NCBI GenBank assembly: GCA_963737905.1
Contig: CAVTUQ010000019.1
Location: forward strand, 96,001-160,000
DNA: 64,000 nt
Source of the DNA: an uncultured delta proteobacterium
GTDB lineage: Bacteria; Desulfobacterota; Binatia; UBA9968
Direction: 5' to 3'
Shown: positions 18,857-26,707 of the stretch, one piece after another
Position numbering within the stretch: position 1 is the stretch's first letter
Layout of the letters: each line of letters begins with the position of its first letter
The notes under the pieces: generated by a model
The model's input: the letters and a program-made list of their open reading frames with translations, nothing else
What the model was told of the DNA's origin: nothing
Databases searched by the model: none
Made by a program: the position numbers and the translations under genes

Positions 18857-19741
18857 TTATAGCACTTCTCCTGGATAAAGGAATGGCAAGATTTGGTCGG
18901 CGAGGCCGCCTGGATTGTCCAGGTGGACCATGTGGCCGGCATTATCAACTTCGGCGAATTGTTTGTCTCGGACGACCGCCAACCGTGGTTGTCGGTCGGG
19001 ACGTTGGGAGTGGCGGCTCTGTTTGCCATCGACGACGAGGACAGGGCATTCGATGCGGCGAAAAAACTCAACGGCTTGAGCTGAGTAAAAGGGCTGAGGA
19101 GAGACGGTGCGATGCAGCGGATCAAATTTCCAGACCCACTTGCCTTTGGTATTCTGTTTCATTCCCGAGCGTGCCAAGTCCAATGCCAGCTCGCTGCTCA
19201 GACGCGGATTGGTTTGTTGGAGCTGCCTGGCGCCTGCCTCGACAGTGGTATATTGACGGAAATGATTTCGGCCGCGATCGTGAAGCTCTGTAATCCATTT
19301 TTCCATACGCACCGGGGCGTCCGAAAAATTCATGCCCAGGGCACCGATGCCTTCGATCAACACGAGCTGCTGCACTTTTTTTGGAAAGGTGCCGGAATAG
19401 AGAAAAGAGATCGTGCCGCCCATGGAGTGACCCATGAGTTTGAACCGCTCGACTCCAAGCGAGCGGATCACGCAATCCAGATCGAAAACGTAATCGGGGA
19501 AATGGTAATAACCCCCCGCACCCACCCAGCCACTGTCGCCGTGTCCACGACAGTCCGGCGCGACAACCCACAGAGCTTGTTTAACCTTATTTTGGATCGA
19601 TCGCACAAACGGTTGCCAACTGCCCGCCTGATCCAAAAAGCCGTGGACTAAGATCAGGGGTTCTCCAGCCGGTTCTCCCCATTCCAGATAGTGGATGGCG
19701 AGTCCATGGACGTCGATGAACTTATCGCGGGGCTGGGTCAC
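18857..19741 (-). CDS. Alpha/beta hydrolase
   Basis: HGFLD, PDCRGHGDS, GHSMGG, NAGHMVHLD. Confidence 0.9.
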   Translation of the reverse strand: MTQPRDKFIDVHGLAIHYLEWGEPAGEPLILVHGFLDQAGSWQPFVRSIQNKVKQALWVVAPDCRGHGDSGWVGAGGYYHFPDYVFDLDCVIRSLGVERFKLMGHSMGGTISFLYSGTFPKKVQQLVLIEGIGALGMNFSDAPVRMEKWITELHDRGRNHFRQYTTVEAGARQLQQTNPRLSSELALDLARSGMKQNTKGKWVWKFDPLHRTVSPQPFYSAQAVEFFRRIECPVLVVDGKQSRHSQRPDRQPRLAVVRDKQFAEVDNAGHMVHLDNPGGLADQILPFLYPGEVL

Positions 19742-20217
19742 GCGGACTCGGTCTTTAGAGTGACTTTAGCGAAGTCTTTTTCCTGGTCCGACCAGGCGAA
19801 GGCGCACACTTCCTTGATAGCCCGGTCGTAAACCGCAACGACAATCTGCGCGGTTCCGGGAAACGTGGGCTCGCCAAACGGGCTGGCAAAGGCCTTATCT
19901 TCGTCGGAAAAATAAGCATCATGGTTGGGATGGGAGTGATAGAAAGCTTTAAGCCTAGCGCCGTTCCTTTTGGCCTCGTCAATCACGAGCTCCAGTTCTT
20001 TGTAATCCATCGCGTAGGCGATGGCCGCCGTGCGCGGGTAGGTTTGCGGATCAAGGGCGTGCAACTGATTCTGGATATTTTTCAAGCGGTGGACTCGATC
20101 AATGGCGCCATCGGATAAGATCACACCGCAGCACTCTTCGGGAAAAGTCTCCAGTGCGTGTTGAGCCATCTCTTCCAAGGCGTTTTCAGATAGGAACAAC
20201 TCTATGGGATTATTCAT
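19738..20217 (-). CDS. JAB/MPN (M67 family) metallopeptidase
   Basis: PEECCG and FYHSHPNHDAYFSDED (JAMM motif). Confidence 0.88.
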   Translation of the reverse strand: MNNPIELFLSENALEEMAQHALETFPEECCGVILSDGAIDRVHRLKNIQNQLHALDPQTYPRTAAIAYAMDYKELELVIDEAKRNGARLKAFYHSHPNHDAYFSDEDKAFASPFGEPTFPGTAQIVVAVYDRAIKEVCAFAWSDQEKDFAKVTLKTESA

Positions 20218-20297
20218 GGCTTTCCGCAATCAGCTGCTCACGATATTTAACACTGGATAGTCACGAATTACTATCGCACAGGCCGAATTCAGTTGGC

Positions 20298-21254
20298 TTA
20301 TTGACACTTCCTTTCACTCGCCCAAATGAGCCGCGTCATGATCTCATTGCAGGGAGTTGGAATTCCGAGTTCTTGTCCATCGCGCCAGATCGCACCGTTA
20401 ATGGCGTCGATCTCGGTGCGCCGGCCGCGTTGCAAATCTTGGAGCATCGAGCTCTGGTGATGGTACGTGGAAGGGAGCAGGTGACTATAGAAAAGCGCGC
20501 GATAGTCATCCACCGTGCTCCACAAGCATTCGACGCCTTTTCTTTCGGCCACGAGGAAAGCCTCGTCAATGATGCGATCCATAATTTGCCGCAATTCGGC
20601 TGCGTCCCCGAGGACACCGTAATGGACGTGAAGTAGCGCTCCCAGCGCATTGAGCGGAGCATTGTAGAACATTTTGGCCCAAAGATAGGCAAGGATTCTC
20701 ACTGTGGCCTCGCACGGGATGTCGGCGCGCTTGAAAGCCCTGATCCAGTAATGAACCCGTTCCAACATCACACAATCAGAAACCTCGAGAGGACCGATAA
20801 TAATCGGCGCAGCCTGTACGGTGACGGTAACTCTCCCGGCCTCCGGAATGATTGCGCCGACAAGAACATTTGCGCCCAAACTTCGCTCCGGGCCGAAGCT
20901 CTTGGCCAGGGTTTCGATGTTGCCGAGACCATTCTGCAAAGAGAGGACGAGCCCGTCACGGTCGATGACTGCGAAGATGTCTTGAGCCATCGACTCGGTG
21001 TCGTAAGCTTTTACCGAGATCAAAACGAGATCGTAGACGCCGGACAAGTCGGTGGTTTTTGTAGCGAGTTCAAAACCGTCCGCGCAGTGATTGCCCCAGA
21101 TGCCATCCAGACGGAGACCGCCGCTGCGGATAGCGCTCAAATGGTTCTCACGGCCGAGGAGAGCGACCGTGTGTCCTGCTTCTCTAAGTAAACAACCGAA
21201 AACCGATCCAATGGCGCCACATCCCGCAACAAGAATTCTTGAGTTGCTGTACAT
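20298..21254 (-). CDS. panE: 2-dehydropantoate 2-reductase
   Basis: GCGAIG, SVKAYD, LQNGLG, WAKMFYN, SSMLQDL...TEIDAING. Confidence 0.88.
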   Translation of the reverse strand: MYSNSRILVAGCGAIGSVFGCLLREAGHTVALLGRENHLSAIRSGGLRLDGIWGNHCADGFELATKTTDLSGVYDLVLISVKAYDTESMAQDIFAVIDRDGLVLSLQNGLGNIETLAKSFGPERSLGANVLVGAIIPEAGRVTVTVQAAPIIIGPLEVSDCVMLERVHYWIRAFKRADIPCEATVRILAYLWAKMFYNAPLNALGALLHVHYGVLGDAAELRQIMDRIIDEAFLVAERKGVECLWSTVDDYRALFYSHLLPSTYHHQSSMLQDLQRGRRTEIDAINGAIWRDGQELGIPTPCNEIMTRLIWASERKCQ

Positions 21255-21285
21255 TCGGCGAGCGCTGGGAGGTGATATCGACTCG

Positions 21286-21989
21286 TCAAAAAGTGGATGG
21301 GTTTGTTTTACCGTTCTTGTATTGGTGGTATGCGGCCAGCACCAGAGTGGAATATTCTTCGGGAATCTCCATGTCGTTTTCCAGGCGGTTCTTGGTTTCG
21401 GTGGGTCCCATGTTATAGGCAGATCAGAGCGTGGGTGAGGTTACGAAAACTTTTTCTTCAGATCATGGAGGTAGTAAACGCCAAGCTTTATATTGAGAAC
21501 AGGGTCATCCAAGAACTCCGGTCTAAAAGAGTTGGAATTTGGCGGTTGATGCAGACCAACTTTCTGGACTAGGGATTTTGCCACATAGGGAAGGATCTGC
21601 ATGATGCCTCTCGCTCCGGCGGGTGAAACCGCGCCATACTGAAATTTACTTTCCACATCAATCACCGCCAACACAAGCATCGGGTCAAGCCCGTAGCCTG
21701 AACTCTCCTTGAATATGACGTCTGCGAGCTCCCATGTTTCTGCCTCCGTGATGTCGGGCCGATGCGCCCTTACAATGGAATAGATCCTCGTCAGTTCTCT
21801 CGGTGGTGGCTTCTGGGCCACAGGGACCGGGACCAAAGCGGGGGACTCTGCGGCGACGTTTTCTCGCTGCGACGGGTACTCCACGGCCAGAAGAAAAGGG
21901 ATAAATAAAGCGCCGACGAGAAGCAATTTGGTGCAAACAATCGTCAAAGTTAAAGTACGAGCGAGCGTTGTTTTATGACGTTTCTCCAT
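21286..21989 (-). CDS. Lytic transglycosylase (SLT domain), two +1 frameshifts near 21447 and 21421
   Basis: VIDVESKF, SPAGARGIMQI, NIKLGVYYL. The expected AYNMGP appears out of frame downstream, with a stop at 21286. Confidence 0.8.
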
Positions 21990-22218
21990 ACTATAGACCT
22001 CAGGTATTCTATTAGTTGTGGTGATGAGCTGCGGTAGCTACAAAGGCTTTGGTTTAGCTATCAAAGAGCGGGAGGGATGTCAACGAAAAAATCAGGAAAA
22101 AAACTCTAAGCCGCGTATCTCGGGAAGAAAACGTTCGCGATACTCGCTTTCGCGGGTATGACGGTGGGGCGCGTGCTGATTTATTTTGTGAACTTTAGTT
22201 CCAGGACACTGGCCGCTT

Positions 22219-23442
22219 TTAGTAAATAACTTCTGCTTCGACGAGCTGGTTATATTCCTGCTGGCTCAAACCGAGCAGATCACGATAGAAGTATTCGTTG
22301 TGCTCCGCCAAGAGCGGGTCCCGCTTCGACGGGCCGGGTGGTGTCTTGGTGAGTAAGAAAGGCGGGCGTTGGTAGTGCATCGCGCCGATTTCCGGATGTT
22401 CCAGTTCGACCCATTGCGGTCGCTGGGACAGCTGGGGATCGCTGTAGACGTCTTTCATGGTGTTGACGATAGCGCCTTTGACGCCCGCCGATTGAAGTTT
22501 CTCCATCACTTCCCGAGGGGTGAACCCGCTGGTCCACTCGCCGATTCTGCGATCGAGATCGTCTTCGTTGGCCTTGCGTGATGCGTGGGAAGAGAATTTC
22601 GCATCAGTGGCCCAGCCTGGATTGCCCATGACGCTGCAGAGCGCTTTCCATTCGGATTCAGAGTGAACGCTCAAAGCACACCAGTTGTCATCGCCTTGGC
22701 AGGGATAGGCGCCATGCGGCGATGCGTAGGGATCGCGGTTCGCGTTGCGGCCGGCAACCGTCCCGTTGACTTTATAGTCCAAGAGAATCGGCGCCAGGTA
22801 CTGGAGGCCCGTTTCGTATTGGGCTGTGTCTATGTGGTTGCCCCTACCGGTGCGCCGCCTGTAGTCCAACGCGGCCAAAATCGCGACGGCGCCGTAGGCC
22901 ACGGCGATGTAGTCGATGTAAGGTCCATAGAGAATCTGTGGAGAGCCATCGGGGTATCCCGTGAGATGCGTGAAGCCCGCCAACGAAGACAGCTGGGAAC
23001 CAAAGCCCGCGTGATGGGCGTGAGGCCCGGTTTGACCTAGATTCGAGGTGCTCAGCATGACGATGTCAGGTTTTATCTTCTTGAGACTTTGATAATCGAG
23101 ACCCAGCCGCGCCATGGTTCCCGGGCTAAAGTTTTCTATGACCACATCGGACCAAGCCACAATCTTTTTGGCCAGCTCGGTTGCTTGCGGCGACTTTTTT
23201 AGATTCAGAGTGATATCCAGTTTGTCGTTGTTGCAAAGAGCGAAGAGGCCGGAGCGGTTGAGGCCGTGAATATTGTCTTTGTAGGGCGGATAATGAGTAC
23301 GGAAGCCGTCGGGGCGGACTCTGGATTCGATATGCACCACGGTTGCGCCGTGGTCAGCCAGGTGCTTGCCGACGGCGGGCCCGGCGGCGAAGGCGGCGAA
23401 TTCGACGACCTTGACACCTTTGAGCGACTGCATGGCGATCAA
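22219..23442 (-). CDS. Class III CoA-transferase (CaiB/BaiF), probable catalytic subunit
   Basis: AGPAVGKHLADHGA, VIENFSPG, GPYIDY (candidate catalytic Asp). Confidence 0.9.
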   Translation of the reverse strand: MIAMQSLKGVKVVEFAAFAAGPAVGKHLADHGATVVHIESRVRPDGFRTHYPPYKDNIHGLNRSGLFALCNNDKLDITLNLKKSPQATELAKKIVAWSDVVIENFSPGTMARLGLDYQSLKKIKPDIVMLSTSNLGQTGPHAHHAGFGSQLSSLAGFTHLTGYPDGSPQILYGPYIDYIAVAYGAVAILAALDYRRRTGRGNHIDTAQYETGLQYLAPILLDYKVNGTVAGRNANRDPYASPHGAYPCQGDDNWCALSVHSESEWKALCSVMGNPGWATDAKFSSHASRKANEDDLDRRIGEWTSGFTPREVMEKLQSAGVKGAIVNTMKDVYSDPQLSQRPQWVELEHPEIGAMHYQRPPFLLTKTPPGPSKRDPLLAEHNEYFYRDLLGLSQQEYNQLVEAEVIY

Positions 23443-24704
23443 ATAACTCCCTGCGTTTGTAACTCGGCGATTTGCGCCGGTGATATTCCAAGCTCCTGAC
23501 CGTAGATCTCCCGGTTATGCTCGCCGATTAACGGAGCGCGACGCCAGATCTGACAAGCTCCCTCAGAGAACTTCGCGAAGCCTCCGGGATAGTCGATCGA
23601 AGTGTGCAGTTCGGGATGCTCGATCGTCTGCCAGAAGTTACGCGCTTGGTGCTGAGGATCGGCAAAAATCTCTGTCACGGCGGCCACGGGGTAGCCGAGC
23701 ATTTGTCGCTTAACGACTTCTTTAAAGAACTCGGTTTTAGTGATGCCCTGAAAAAAGCTTTCGATGGGCTCTTCCATGCGATCGATTTCTTCCTGGGTGA
23801 CCTGGGCGATGTCAAAAGTTTTCCAATCTTTTTGCTTCAGGAAATCCGGCGCCATGCCTTTGCTGTCCATCCATTCGACCAGCGCCTGATTCGTTCGTCT
23901 GCCGGCTTCACCGCCGTAAATGATAAAGTTCAAATAGCCATCCTGGCAGGGCCAGAAAACTCTCATCTTTGCCCCGGTAATACTGCGCCCGGTCATGAAC
24001 GAACCGGCGCGTTTTTCCACGTGGCGGTTGAGATCCCAAAATACATGGGCATGGGAAAACGCCCACAACAAGCAAGCCTGCGCCGAAACGTCGACTTGCT
24101 GCCCCTCTCCGGTAAGTTCGCGATGGGTGTGCGCTATCAACGCTCCCATGGCGGCGTAGGAACCCGTCCAGCCATAAGACTGTGGAAAAGTCACGCGCAG
24201 CGGCGGGCGATCTGGATCGCCGGTCAGTGACATACAGCCGCTCAGCGCCATGATTTCGATATCGGAAGCTTTAAACTTGCTGTAGGGTCCGGTCTGACCA
24301 AAGGGCGTAATGGAGGTGACGACGAGGCGAGGATTGATCTTGGCCAACGCTCCGTAGGCCAGGTTTAGACCGTCTAGATAGCCGGGTGTGAAAGTCTCAA
24401 CGACGAAATCCGCTTTGGCAACAAGTTGAGAAAAGAGCTCCCGTCCCTTGGCGGATTCCAGATTGAGCGTGATGCCGCGCTTGTTGTTGTTAAAGCCGAA
24501 CCAGAACAGGCTCTTTTCCGGGTCCGGCTGATCACCATAATAGGGACCGAGTCTTCGTGCCGGGTCGCCTCCGGGCTGTTCGATCTTGATAACATCCGCG
24601 CCGAGATCCCCCAAGATCTTGCCGCACAAAAACCCCAGCTCGTTCGTAAGATCGAGCACTCGGTAGGGAGAGAGGATTCCCGCGTTTCTATCCGTAGAAG
24701 CCAT
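23439..24704 (-). CDS. Class III CoA-transferase (CaiB/BaiF), probable second subunit
   Basis: RVLDLT, LGDLGADVIKIE, NNNKRGITLNL, ITPFGQTGP. No Asp in the corresponding segment (FPQSYGW). Overlaps the next gene by 4 nt. Confidence 0.9.
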   Translation of the reverse strand: MASTDRNAGILSPYRVLDLTNELGFLCGKILGDLGADVIKIEQPGGDPARRLGPYYGDQPDPEKSLFWFGFNNNKRGITLNLESAKGRELFSQLVAKADFVVETFTPGYLDGLNLAYGALAKINPRLVVTSITPFGQTGPYSKFKASDIEIMALSGCMSLTGDPDRPPLRVTFPQSYGWTGSYAAMGALIAHTHRELTGEGQQVDVSAQACLLWAFSHAHVFWDLNRHVEKRAGSFMTGRSITGAKMRVFWPCQDGYLNFIIYGGEAGRRTNQALVEWMDSKGMAPDFLKQKDWKTFDIAQVTQEEIDRMEEPIESFFQGITKTEFFKEVVKRQMLGYPVAAVTEIFADPQHQARNFWQTIEHPELHTSIDYPGGFAKFSEGACQIWRRAPLIGEHNREIYGQELGISPAQIAELQTQGVI

Positions 24705-24714
24705 CGTGGTTCTG

Positions 24715-24746
24715 AAAAAAAAGGGCAGGGAGGCAAACCCTGCCCT
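24715..24746 (-). terminator. Intrinsic terminator between the UbiD and CoA-transferase genes
   Basis: Minus strand reads AGGGCAGGG-TTTGCCT-CCCTGCCCT-TTTTTTT. Confidence 0.75.
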
Positions 24747-24775
24747 CTAACTAACTATGCAGGCGCGGTCCGAAG

Positions 24776-26350
24776 TTATCTTCCGGTGCGGGCCAACGAG
24801 TGCACCCAGCCGTGCATGCGCGACTTGGCATTCTGAATATCCTGGTCGCTAAACCATTTCTTCAAATCAATCTTATCGACAGGATAGACCGGACGCATAA
24901 AATCGCTCTCGTATCCGAAGGGGACCGTGGCATCGATGCCCATGCCGCCTTCAAACATGGTGTTGGAGGCGGTCCATTCTCTCTCACCGGCGGTCATGCG
25001 TTCGGCGGGCATGAAGGTCTGTCCACGTCCGCCGGGAAGCGGATTGATGATATCGGTCTTCGGATTGACGCGGGTGGTGAGACACCACATGACGTCGTCC
25101 ATATCGTAGGGATCGGTGTCTTCGCTGACGGCAATGCACAGCCGCGAACCTTGCGAGGTCGCCAGGATAGCCGCCATGAAATTCCGCTGCCAGCCTTCCT
25201 CGATTCGGTTGCGCTTCTTGACCTGAATGATTGCCCCTCCCCAATCGGTCATGCAATAGGGAATGTTGACATCCATGATGATGCCCGGCTGCATCCGCTC
25301 GCAAAGCTCGAACATGGCGGCCTCGCGCACCGTGGTGTCGATGTTATGGTCATCGAGGGTGTGGACGCCGAGCGTGAAGATAATTGGCTTCGATTCGCGT
25401 TGGCGCGTGGTAACGGCGGTGACATGAAAGGTTGGGGCCTTATAGGCTTTGCCCATGTAACCGGCCCATTCCGGATGAAAATGGAACCGGCCCTGAATGC
25501 CGGCCTTCTCCGACTCTGCGGTTTCGAAGCGGCGATCCCGTGGGTTAACGTAGCCTTCTAAAACCACTTCGGCGTCGGCGAGAGCCATGGCGTCAACCGT
25601 GCGAGCTTTGACCAGGCGCATGGGCGCCCCTTGGACTGCGCCGGCAATACCCACCTCATCGCAGCCCTGCGGCAGGATGACATAATCGAATCCGGCGCCG
25701 GCCAATAGCGAGCCAGCCGGCGGCAAACCGAAGTTCATGGTGATGGGCACGAGTTTGTTGCCTTTGTAATACTTGCTGACGACTTGCCACATGTGGGAAC
25801 CGGGTGAGATCTGGAAGGTTCCGACGTTGCCCCAGCGGAAGTTCATGCGGTTATAGCCAAGGTCTGTTCCGCCATCGAAATATTCACCGGAGATAAGACG
25901 GTTACCGGAACCCACGGTCAGCTCAGGCTCAACGTCCGTGTGACGAATCGGCACGACAAATTCATTGGCTTCGGCCGGCTTTTCGTAAACCTCTTCCTGA
26001 ACCGGCGCATCTTTTTGATCGACGATGACAGGCGGAATAGGATGGGTCAGAGCATAGGCCAGCTTGCGCGTACGGTCCGTGTGGTCTTTCCAACCGAACA
26101 TCTTGTTGATGACGTTCATGTCACCAAAAAGGTTGGTGATGCAGCGATGTTTCGGTTTGCCCTTGATATGACTGAAAAGTATCGGGCAACCGCCATCCAG
26201 TTGCTTTTGGATGCCGGTTATCTCCAAATTGGGGTCGACCTCTTTGTCGGTTAGGAGCAGGTCGCCTTCTTTTTTCAGCCACTCGATAGCGCCGCGTAAG
26301 TCCCTAATCTCCGCGGGTGCCACGCTGTCTTTTTTTGCAGCTTTTGCCAT
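24776..26350 (-). CDS. UbiD-family decarboxylase, phthaloyl-CoA decarboxylase (PhtDa/Pcd)-like
   Basis: GYNRMNFRWGNVGTFQISPGSHMWQV, GRFHFHPEWAGYMGKAYKAPTFHVTA and C-terminal SLARTGR match my recollection of betaproteobacterial phthaloyl-CoA decarboxylases. Adjacent to two class III CoA-transferases. Confidence 0.8.
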   Translation of the reverse strand: MAKAAKKDSVAPAEIRDLRGAIEWLKKEGDLLLTDKEVDPNLEITGIQKQLDGGCPILFSHIKGKPKHRCITNLFGDMNVINKMFGWKDHTDRTRKLAYALTHPIPPVIVDQKDAPVQEEVYEKPAEANEFVVPIRHTDVEPELTVGSGNRLISGEYFDGGTDLGYNRMNFRWGNVGTFQISPGSHMWQVVSKYYKGNKLVPITMNFGLPPAGSLLAGAGFDYVILPQGCDEVGIAGAVQGAPMRLVKARTVDAMALADAEVVLEGYVNPRDRRFETAESEKAGIQGRFHFHPEWAGYMGKAYKAPTFHVTAVTTRQRESKPIIFTLGVHTLDDHNIDTTVREAAMFELCERMQPGIIMDVNIPYCMTDWGGAIIQVKKRNRIEEGWQRNFMAAILATSQGSRLCIAVSEDTDPYDMDDVMWCLTTRVNPKTDIINPLPGGRGQTFMPAERMTAGEREWTASNTMFEGGMGIDATVPFGYESDFMRPVYPVDKIDLKKWFSDQDIQNAKSRMHGWVHSLARTGR

Positions 26351-26512
26351 TGCCGTCCTCCCAAAAAAATCTGGCCTTTTAACTATTATGATTGAGGCGG
26401 AAACACTCCAACCCGCTAATAAATCGTGAGATTCCTAGGCCCAATCGGATTACAGATTTGGGGAGAGAATTCTCTAATTCGGGATGCCCAAACGGAGTTT
26501 ATGCTTATCTAA

Positions 26513-26532
26513 CATTGACTCAAAAGTCAATG
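26513..26532. promoter_or_regulatory. Palindromic operator-like site in the divergent promoter region
   Basis: CATTGACT-CAAA-AGTCAATG, perfect 8-bp arms. Confidence 0.5.
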
Positions 26533-26707
26533 AAGCTGGGACGTGCGGAAACCGTCTAAGGATTATCCTTGAGTCGCAAAAGGTCACAACAGGCAAGCTA
26601 CGGCGCCGGCTTCTCGATTCCGAGCTGAAGGACGGCTCTTTACAGTTGAGATACGGCTTGCTATCAGTGCTTGAATTGTCTTGCGGAGGTCGTTTCGCGT
26701 GAATTAT

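Noticed and set aside
19738-20217. JAB as part of a CBASS or Bil anti-phage system
   Set aside because: No CD-NTase, E1/E2 or ubiquitin-like gene nearby, and the context is housekeeping.
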